Shown here piece by piece: positions 1 to 11,450 of a stretch of 64,000 nt of DNA. Both the position numbers and the translations under genes were made by a program. The notes under the pieces were generated by a model. It was given only the letters and a program-made list of their open reading frames with translations. It did no database searches and had not been told where the DNA came from. The stretch lies in assembly GCF_016432865.1 (NCBI RefSeq), contig NC_067403.1, positions 254,944,001 to 255,008,000 of the forward strand. The letters are read 5' to 3'. Each line of letters begins with the position of its first letter. Position 1 is the stretch's first letter. This DNA comes from Antechinus flavipes (taxonomy: Eukaryota).

Positions 1-125
1 CAGACACGCAGAGCGAGCGGGGAAGCGTGCTCCCGCGCAGCCGCCGAGCCGGCCTCAAGCAGCCCAGGAAACCCGCGAGGCCTCGCCACTCCCGCCACGG
101 CCCAGACAAGAGGGAGCTGGCCTAG
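1..125 (+). CDS. KCNK4: 3' end of last exon of the TRAAK K2P potassium channel (partial)
   Basis: Frame from nt 3 reads DTQSERGSVLPRSRRAGLKQPRKPARPRHSRHGPDKRELA* (TAG 123-125). This resembles the recalled mammalian KCNK4 tail (SDTQSERG...PRKP.RPR), and the position upstream of CATSPERZ is syntenic. Confidence 0.85.
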   Translation, partial: DTQSERGSVLPRSRRAGLKQPRKPARPRHSRHGPDKRELA

Positions 126-308
126 CCGGGCGGCCGCTCAGGCGCAGCCCTCGTGGGCTCCTGCTCCTCTCGCCTCCCTCCGGGTTTTCGTTCAGCCAAA
201 GAGCTCCCATTCTCCGGGGAGTGGGGCATCCTGGGAACCGGTGCTCCTGTCCTAAAAGCTCCCTGCCTGTCTTCCCTCCCCGGACCCTCCCGCCCGGGCT
301 TCCTACTC

Positions 309-314
309 AATAAA
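309..314 (+). terminator. KCNK4 polyadenylation signal
   Basis: AATAAA ~185 nt after the stop, followed by a GT/T-rich stretch. Confidence 0.7.
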
Positions 315-987
315 GTCTTCCGTGCGCCTGCTTCTGTGTCTCCTACCTCTAGGGGGCCGAGGGAGGCGCGAGGTGCGCGCTGCACTGCCTAGGGGCTTGG
401 ATGGGTCCCTGAGGGGGTCAGGGGAGCCGCGGGCTCGCGGGGCGGCCGGACCATGCAGTGGATGTGGAATCAGGTTTCTCCTTCCTTGAGCTAGGTGAGC
501 TCGGGCAGTAGTCACTGGAGCGAGTGAGTGTTTAGGATAGTGGTGTTCCTCTCCCTCCCCCCCGGTTTTGTCATCTGTATGATGGTGCAGCGGTAGGAGC
601 ACCGAGCTCGGATCGGGAAGACCGCTTCCTGAGTTCAAATCAAGCCTCGGGCGCTCGCTGGCTGTGTGTATTGTAAACTCGTAAAATGAGCAGAAGACAA
701 CGGCAAGCTCCTCCGGCATCTTTGCCCACAACCCCCAAAAACAACCGTGGGAGGGATGGACTGGGCGGAGTCTCGGGGTGCTGGTCCTGGAGTTTGGGAT
801 CCCGGGAGCCTTTGGATCTCCGGCTTGGGCGAAGGGAAGGAGGGTCCTTTAAGTGGTAGGGTCCGAATTCCCAACTCGTGACTTAATCCCAACGTCTCCG
901 TCCCCCCTACCCCCCACCCCCCACTTCCCGAGAGCACGACCTTCAGAGCTCAGTTGTATAACGGGCTCTGGTCGTTGGGGCAAGAGG

Positions 988-2701
988 ATGGAGGAAGAAG
1001 ACGGCTCGCCCGTGGTGAAAGCCGGATCACAGCAGCAAACCTTTGTTCGGACGATCGAAGCCCCGGAAGGCTCTTTCCAGAACTCGACCGAAGTAAGGCC
1101 TCGTTTGGGACCACAGGCTGCCAGGAGCGCCCCGGACCCTAATCCTCAGTCTCCCATCCCCCAGCCCGCGCCCATCCCCACTGCTGCGGCCTCAGCCTCA
1201 GCCATCTCCAAACCAAGCCCTGTGCCCTCTCCTTTCCGGCTCTCTTCATTGCCCAGGGGCCACCTCACCTGGGAAGAAGGCTGAATATAATCAGGACCCT
1301 TTAGAAGGGGGGGGATGGGATGCCCTCCCCGGACCGAAGCTGGGGCTGGGGGCTTCGGCTCGTTCCCCTCCCTAGCCTCGGGCCTCCCTTTCTCCTTCCC
1401 TGGGCAGGAGTCCGAAGATTCCACGTTGGAGGAAAGCCTCGATTCCCAAAAGAAACCGCGGAAGCATAGATTCTCGTTAGTCCAGCGTATAAGCAAGTCG
1501 AGTAGGGAACGCGACAGCAGCGTAGACTCCGGCTCCAGCAGGGTTGCACCCCATAACTGGGGGGAGCCAAACGCCATCAGAGACGAGGGCCCGTTACAGT
1601 TTGCCCCCGGGCCGTCCAGTGGCTCGCTCGAGGGGCTCGCCCCCCACGAGCAGCCCTCAGCCTCGACCTCTCAGAACATCGGAGACGAAGAAAGTAAGAG
1701 AGGTCAGTCGGGGCTGGGGGCGGGGGATGCGCCCTGGCTGAGCGCTTCTGCGGGGCCGCAGGCGGGAGACGCCGGAGGGCGCGCTGGGATCTAGGGGAGG
1801 GGCCCCTCCCCTTCAGCGCACTTCCCAAGTCCTTGGAGGGGAAGAGCCGACACGCTAGGAGGAAACGTGATGCCCTCAGTGGCCATCCCCGGCCCTTCAG
1901 TGACTCAGAAAGGCTCCAAGTGACGACCCTAATAACCCTCCTCTCTTCCCAGACTTGCAATTCCAGAATTTGTTGGAGTCGCGCGATACTATGCACCGCG
2001 CCTACTGGGCAGAGCTGCAGAACCGAGTGCGTGCGGGCTGCGAGAGGGGGAGGCGGGGCGGGAGGGCCGGGACTCGGGGAGCGGGGCTGGTCGGCGAGTC
2101 AACTCTCGGGCGGGCTTCTGGGAAGTTTCTCCCTACCCGGCGTCCTAGCAGCCGCTTCTTTTTCCCATCCCCAGGTGCCTCTGCCTCTGGCTCACCTCAT
2201 GGAGGATGAGGCGCTGCAAATCCTTACCAAGAGCCTCAAAAGTGAGCGCCCCGGGGGATACCTCTACTTCGAGATCAGGCCCATGACTCACTAAGCAGGG
2301 AGGGAGGTCTCTGGAAGTGGGGCTCGGGGAGGGCGGGAAGATCACCTATTGGGGGGCCTTGTCTCTCTCCAAAGTCCATCATACATCTTCGAGACGCCGT
2401 GAGGGTAAGGATAATTATTATTTCCCCGGTGAAGGACCGAGAGTTCCTTGCCTCCGGATCCGGATAGCTTCTTAGACCGCTTTGGGGACACTGAGGTTCA
2501 GATGACTGGCTACCTGGGCAAAAAAGACGTTGGGGGGCGGGCGGCGGCCGGGCAGGTGCCCACCTACGCGCCTAAATCCCACCTTCTGATCTCCTCCCAG
2601 GTTACCGCAAGGGGATCGGGAAGGACCACAAGCTGACCCAGCAGCTGCAGCGGCACGTGGAGAAGTTGCGCAGGAACCAGAAGTATCGCCAACTCACCTG
2701 A
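988..2701 (+). CDS. CATSPERZ: CatSper channel zeta subunit (TEX40), 5 exons, ~213 aa
   Basis: Exons 988-1092, 1408-1702 (or 1693), 1953-2026, 2175-2241, 2601-2701, all GT-AG and phase-consistent. C-terminus HRAYWAELQNR-VPLPLAHLMEDEALQILTKSLKSYRKGIGKDHKLTQQLQRHVEKL matches recalled human HRAYWAEQQSRLPLPLMELMENEALEILTKALRSYQLGIGRDHFLTKELQRY. Exons 1-2 are divergent and less certain. Confidence 0.9.
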
Positions 2702-2788
2702 GCACCTGGTGTTCCTCCCACCCCCTCCCCGGGAACCCCGCCCCGCCGGGCGCTGGCCCCGCCCCGCAGGACTCCGCCCTCCCCGATA

Positions 2789-2794
2789 AATAAA
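2789..2794 (+). terminator. CATSPERZ polyadenylation signal
   Basis: AATAAA 88 nt after the TGA. Confidence 0.7.
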
Positions 2795-2915
2795 GGCGCT
2801 CCGCCCTCTGCTCTGCCCGCCTGGGTGTCTGCGCCTGCGTGGGACGCGTGCGGGTACGGAAAAGCGGGGGTGGGGGTGGTCGGCCGCGGTGCCACGTGAT
2901 AACTAGCCCCGCCCC

Positions 2916-3012
2916 GCGACCTTCAACGGTCACCGCAGTGACCTTGGGCGCCTGTGCGCCCTCCTGCGGGCTCCGCCCCCTTCGGTACGCAGCCCTGCGA
3001 CCTTGAGTGACT
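2916..3012. promoter_or_regulatory. ESRRA upstream multi-hormone / ERR response element
   Basis: GCGACCTTCAACGGTCACCGCAGTGACCTTGG (2916-2947) and CGACCTTGA (2998-3006). These resemble the recalled autoregulatory ESRRA promoter element built from TCAAGGTCA-type half sites. Confidence 0.7.
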
Positions 3013-3563
3013 TTCGCCTTTGCCCGCCTTCGTGCCATATAAGGCTCCGGTCCCGCCCCCAAGAGGCTCGTCCGCAGTCTTATTCGCATACGCGGGAGGC
3101 AGTGCAGCCGCCCGCTCTCGCGCTTCTTTGGATCCGCCCAAATGACATCATGCCAAGGCTCCACCCCTTGATCCCTCCTATTTAATGTGGCTCCCAAGTC
3201 TTAGACTTAATTATCTCAGGTTTCATCTCAGCTACGCGTGGCTTGATGATGGTAGGGGGCGAAGGGGTTTCTGCCGGTCCGGCGAGCGCGCGCCCACTCC
3301 CGTAACATTTCCAGGAAGACGCTACCATGTCCGCCCCGGGGCTTTGCCCGGGTGCCTCTAGGTTCCGCCTCCTGGGTTCTTTTGCATACGCTTCGGGGTC
3401 GCTCCGCCCCTTCCCTCCCTCGGCCCTGCCCAGCTCCGCTTGGCAGAAACCCCGCCCCCTCGGCTCCCCACCTCGTGCTGCGAGTTCTGCTTTGCATACG
3501 CGCCGGGCTGGCCCCGCCCCGCCCCCTGCTTTGCATACGCGCCGGGATAGCCCCGCCCCCGCT

Positions 3564-3860
3564 GTCAGCTGGAGGAAGCCGAGTAGGAAGCGGCCGCGAT
3601 GTCCTTTTGTGTCCTACAAGCCGCCGGCGGCGCCGAGTGAGCTACGGGCCGGGCCGGGCTGGGCCGGGACGCGGCGGAGGCGGCGGTGGAGGAGGCGGGG
3701 CCCGGGCCGGGCGGCTTCCGTCCAGCACCGCGCAGCCCCGGCGCCGCGGGGCCCCCATGCCGGGCCGATCGCTGCTGCTGTTGCCGCCGCCACCGCCGCC
3801 GCTGCTGTTGCTGCTGCTGCTGCCGCCGCCGCCGCCGCCGCTGCTGCTGCGGAGCCCCAG
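3564..3860 (+). other. ESRRA: ESRRA non-coding first exon within a CpG island
   Basis: Starts GTCAGCTGGAGGAAGCCGAGTAGGAAGCGGCCGCGATGTCCTTTTGTGTCCTACAAG, close to the recalled human mRNA 5' end. Ends GGAGCCCCAG|gtccgg. Preceded by many GC boxes. Confidence 0.75.
3771..3851 (+). repeat. Interrupted (GCT/GCC)n trinucleotide tract
   Basis: 27 triplets: 24 GCN, interrupted by two GTT and one ACC. Confidence 0.95.
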
Positions 3861-4749
3861 GTCCGGAGCCGGGCCGGGCGGGCAGGGCCGGGCTTCGGGA
3901 CTGCGGCCATGTGCTGTCGCCCAGGGTCCCGCCGTCGCTGGGCTCCGGGGCCGAGGCCGCGCCGCCCCGGGAGACACGTGGGGGCCGCGGGGCCGCGTGG
4001 GCGGGGGCTCCTCTCCCCGGGGCGGTGCGGGTTTTCTGGGTCAGGGGTCACGGCTGGCCGGCGGAGGGGGGGCGCCTCAAGTTTGTGGCCCATCCCCCCC
4101 CAGCTGCCGGGAGGTGGCCGGGGCGGGGAGGGGTGGGGGTGTTATAGGAGCTAGAGCGAGGCCCCGCCCCTCCCCCCTCATTGCCCTCCCTCTCCCCCCG
4201 CCGGCGCACACGCCAGGTGAGCGGGCGGGCAGGTGAGTGCGCAGGCCCTTGGGAAAAGGGAGGGAAGTTCATGCCCCCTGGGTGGGGGCGGGGAGCAGGC
4301 CCCCCCCCACCCGATGGAGGAAGTGAAGGCCGTGTTGCAGGAGGCCAGGTGTGGGCCACATCCAGGGAGGACCCTCGGACACCGGGGCTGGGGGTGACTG
4401 TCTAGGCCGGGGAAGCCCGTAGGGTGCTGAAGGTCGCTGGCTTATAAGTTTAACCTGGTGCTGAGTATGACTCATGTTGGGGGCCATGGTGCCCCTTCCT
4501 TATTTTGGGGGGCTCAGGCGGGGGAGGGGGCAGTTAGTGAGTTTCTTGAGACTTTTCCCTTGCTGCCCCCTCCCCCTAGCCTGTTTCCCCTCTCTTTCTG
4601 GGAATAAAATTCTTCTGGACTCTGCTCCCTCCCTCCCTCCCCCCCTCTCCAGGTGCTGGCTCCTTGCCCAGCTGTTGGGCAACCAGCATGGATGCCTCCC
4701 GGCCTCCTCCTGGAGCCGTTTGCCTCCCTGGGACATCCCAGAGGCTTGA

Positions 4750-7385
<2,636 letters not shown>

Positions 7386-7924
7386 TGGGGGAGGGCTCTT
7401 GTGGACATGCGTGTGGGGGGGTGCTGGCAGGACCGGCTGGGGGGGAGGGAGGGGGTTGAGCCCCAGAAGAAGCCCAGGGGAGGGCATGGGCAGTGCCCAC
7501 AGCCTGCTGGCAGTGCCAGGGCAATGCCAACAGCCCATGGGAACCAGGCCCATGCCCACCCTGCTCCGTTCCATAGGCACCTAGAGGATCGAGGCTAGGC
7601 AGTGCAGCTCCAACCGCTAGGGGGAAGCACTGCCCCTTGCAAGCCATAATCTACCCCCAGGGTTGGGGGGGCCTTGTGGAAGCCATAAAGGGGGGCTGCT
7701 GGGGAAGGGTTAAGAGATCTCAGGGAGGGAAGGGTTGAGGGGCCCCAGCTTCCCCTTTGGTTAGTGCTTTTTGCTGCTGCTTGGCCCATCCCCAGGGGCC
7801 TGGCTCCCCCCTCTAACAGAGCCGGGGGCTGGAGAGCAAGGACCCCTGAAACCCTTCCCTCCTTGCCATTTATACTGGGCATTATTACTGCCCCCAAACT
7901 CCAATCCTTTTCCCCCTTTAAAGC

Positions 7925-7930
7925 AATAAA
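7925..7930 (+). terminator. ESRRA proximal poly(A) signal candidate
   Basis: AATAAA. A distal AATATA at 8200-8205 is a second candidate. Confidence 0.5.
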
Positions 7931-8058
7931 TCAGAGCTGGCTCCTCTTCCCCCTCCCCACCCCGCCCTGGAGCTGGGGCCCAGGGATGATCCCAGACCCC
8001 GGGGAGGGGAGGGGGGCCACAGCATCTACTCTATCCCCTGCATAGCAATAACACTATA

Positions 8059-8188
8059 TTTATTTTTAGGGTTTGGACTGAGGGAGGAGCAGGGGCCATT
8101 GAGTGGGGGAACAGAGCTGTACAGAGACTCTATTTTAATGTATATTTGCTGCAAAGAAAAACCATGTGTTCAGTTTTGAACCTTTAAT
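8059..8188 (-). terminator. TRMT112 poly(A) signal candidates
   Basis: Minus-strand ATTAAA at 8183-8188 and 8134-8139, and AATAAA at 8059-8064. Confidence 0.5.
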
Positions 8189-8280
8189 GAGGAAAAAAAA
8201 ATATAACAGCAATCATCCCATCCCCCAGGCTCTGTGTGGTCTGGGATCCAAAGGACAAGGGGAGGGAGGGCGGCTGCGGC

Positions 8281-9332
8281 CTAGGACGCAGCCTCTTCGT
8301 CACTCAGCAGCATGTTGGGGATCCCTCGGCTGATGGGGAACAGGCGGCCGGACTCCGGACACTGCAGAGTGCCTTCCACTACCTCCACCTGCGCAGATCA
8401 GCAGAGAGGGAGATGAGCAGGGACCGGACCGAGCTGCCCCCCGCCCCCCGCCCCCCAGACCTGGGAGGAGGCCTCACCTCCAGCAGGACGTGGTGGACCT
8501 TCCGCAGGAACTCTTCGTCCTTCTCGTAGCCCTCGGCCAGCTCCCGGGGCAGCTCCGACAGGTGGCCCAGCTGCAGGAGGCAACCGAGGCAGCTAGCTGG
8601 GCGCCGCCCCGCCCCCGGGCCCCCCCAACGCGTAGCTTCTCCGCCTCCCCCTTTAGTGGCTCCAGGAGAATGGAGATCCGGGCGCTCTTTTACTAGGCGC
8701 CTACAATTTGCCAGGCCCCGTGCGGGGCTCCAGCATGACACATCCTCCGTCTCTGCGGAGGGGCCCCCCGTTCTATTCAGCTCGCGGCTTCCTCCCCGCG
8801 CAGCACTTAAGGGGTCTGGGGGGGAGGTCAGCAGAACTCGAACCCAAGACCCCCCGACACCGAATGCGGCGTTGTGCCCATGGAGCTCCCCAAAGGTATC
8901 CCCCCAATAAGTGCTTGTGACGAAGACGCTTCATTCAAGGGCTTTTCGCGTGAGCTTCGCAACCACGTGGGGAATCGGGGCGGCCTGAAACCCCGCTTTA
9001 CGGAGGGCAGAGGTCCTGGGGTGGGAGTGGGAGATGCGGGGGGAGGGGGCGTGCGTGGGCGCTCACGCTCTCGGCCGCTTCCACCAGCGCTGTCCACTCC
9101 ATCTTGGGGATCATGCGCGTTACGAAGTCCGGGTTGAAGTCCACGGGGCTCACGCGAACCTCGGTGGCCTAGGGAAGGGGGACACGCAGGGATTGTCACG
9201 TGGGCCGCCGGCCGGGCACGGCCCCTTCCCCCCGTCCCACTCCGCCTGGAGTACCTGGATGCGCAGTGGGAAGCCCCGGGGCCCCACCCCACGCACGTGG
9301 GAGCTCAGCAAGTTGTGGGTCAGCAGCTTCAT
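8281..9332 (-). CDS. TRMT112: tRNA methyltransferase activator subunit 11-2, 4 exons, 126 aa
   Basis: Exons 9332-9255, 9168-9067, 8570-8478, 8388-8281, all phase 0 and GT-AG. Reads [26 protein letters not shown]...[31 protein letters not shown]. Confidence 0.97.
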
Positions 9333-9339
9333 CCCCGCC

Positions 9340-9790
9340 TGCGCGCGCAACCGCACCGGAACCGGAACCGGAATCGGGCCGGCACCTTCCGTACGCCACT
9401 TCCTTCTTCCAGTTAGCGCCCCTCTGCCACTAGAGAACCTTTTCTCCCTCTCCCAATCCACCATCCACTTCCGTAAGAGGCGGGGCACCCTCCTCCTCAA
9501 ACAGGATGTTGCGGGAGCTGCCGCTTTTAGTTCCGGAAACTTCTCGTTTTCCTCCCTCTAGATGTAAATAACACAGTTAAAACCAGATGCGCATGCGCAG
9601 CTGCATCCGCGCGGGAGCCGGGGGCTAAGCTTCCTGATGCTGCAAAAGGGCGGTACCAAGCGCGTGGTAGGGCCAATGTGCGCATGCGTTCTCATACCTT
9701 GCACTGCGTCGGTGATCCTGCAGGTACATTTCTGCGCAAGCACATCGGGCACACGCATTTGCCTCTAGATGGCGGAGTGGCGAGTGTGCG
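9340..9790. promoter_or_regulatory. TRMT112 CpG-island promoter (head-to-head with PRDX5) with ETS/GABP, NRF1 and YY1-like motifs
   Basis: Tandem CCGGAA x3 (9356-9373), several CACTTCC, GCGCATGCG near 9589 and 9680, AGATGGCGG near 9767. Confidence 0.65.
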
Positions 9791-9799
9791 GGAGAACCG

Positions 9800-10195
9800 A
9801 ACAGGAAAATGTCTTGAGTTCGAATCCTCTCTGACAGTTTCTATAAACCTTTTCAGCCGATTACTCAGCCTTTCCCAGCCTCAGTTTCCTCATCTTTAAA
9901 ATCGGGATGAAAGTGGCTCCTGGCTCTCAGAAATGTTGTGAGGACCAAATGGGATAATAATAAGAGCTAGCGCTTAGGCTGTAGCATCCTTGCAGAGGAA
10001 GGTGCCATTATTAAAAGGGCCGCTAGGTGGCGCAGTCTAGAAGTTCTAAAGCAGACTCCGACTCTAATAGTTTGGTAACTTGGCCAAGTCCCTTCACCCT
10101 GTCTGCCTCGGTTTCCTCATCTGTAAAATGAACGGAGAAGAAAATGGCCCACCACCCCAATCTCTTTGCCCAAATGGTAACACGACTGAATTCGG
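9800..10195 (+). mobile_element. Two CORE-SINE (MIR/MAR1-like) fragments
   Basis: Core CCTCAGTTTCCTCATC-TAAAAT occurs twice; the second has a MAR-type tail. Confidence 0.6.
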
Positions 10196-11450
10196 CCACC
10201 AAAGTGATTCCTTAAAGGCCAGGTCTGACCGGGGGCTCTTGTCTCCAGGAGCAGATCGGAACCTGTTTGGTTTTCAAAACCTGCCCCTCTTCCCTTTCTC
10301 ATCCATCACTAGTCTTGAGGAAGACCCTCCCTCCCCTTCTGCCGAATCAGGGAATTTTTTTCAGTATCTGCCGCCCTTACAACCCTGTGCATCTTTTGTT
10401 CGCTGTCCGCCCATCAGACGCTGGGCTTCTTTCTGCGAGGGCAGGGGCGACTTGGGGGGCTCGGCACGTCGTATTTTGCTCAAAGCTACGGGGGAGTGGC
10501 CTGCCCAAAGAAGTGATGGACGGGATTGCCTGGGGACTGGCAAGGGAGGCGGGTCTAGGGCCTGAAGGTTTTTGGACACCAAGTAGAGGAGTTTGTATTT
10601 GCTCCTGGAAATCACAGGAAACCATTGGAGTTTATTAAGAGACTGTGTGCATGTGCGGTGCGTGTGCCATCTTCAGACCTGAATGCAGGAACACCAGTTT
10701 GGCGGACTGGGGCAGGTGGGCCCAGCCGCCGGCAATTTCAGTGGACCGGAAAGTGGAGGCACCAAACATAGACAGCTTGTGAGCCTCTCAACGTAAGGAG
10801 AGATGGGGCTGCCGTGGGCGCGGATGGAAGGTCAGCGAGGGCCTCTTTAAGGCTGGAGAAGCCCCGGCCGCGTTGGTCGGGAGGGGGACAGCGCGTAGAG
10901 ACGGGAGATTGACAAGGGGACGAAGCTCTGCAGGAGAGGGGCAGGGAGCAAGGAAGGCTTGCCGGAACGGGAGGGGACGAGACAAGGAGCCCTGCATCAA
11001 GGAATACGGGCGGAGGAGGGCGCCCTCGCCAGTCCGGGCGGGAGGAGCGGCTGCGCCAAGTGTGCCCTGGCAGCCGAGGGCTCAGACTACGTTCTTAAGC
11101 CGCACTCCCGGGCTCGGCCCGGCACTCCCTCCTCCCACGCCACCTGTCAATCACAAGCTAAATCGCTGCGACACTCTGCCGCTGGGGCAATCCCGGGAGA
11201 CAGAAGGCGGCCAGGCCAATGACCGACAAGCCCCGCAGGGTTCAGCCCCGCCCCCTTCGGCGCTTCGCCCCCGCCGCCGGCTGCGTGCAAATTTACTGGT
11301 TGCCCCGCGGACATGCCCGCCCCACCGCTCCCCCTTCATGACGGGAGCTGAGTGGCTGGCAGTCGCTAGGCCCCGCCCCCTAGCGCAATGAAAACCCCTG
11401 CAGGGGCGTGGCTTCAGCCGGGGGCGGGCCATACGCGGATCCGGGCGGGG

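Noticed and set aside
3327-3329. ATG at 3327 as the true start of an extended ESRRA
   Set aside because: It lies ~240 nt upstream of the inferred transcription start, in the GC-box promoter; unsupported without TSS data.
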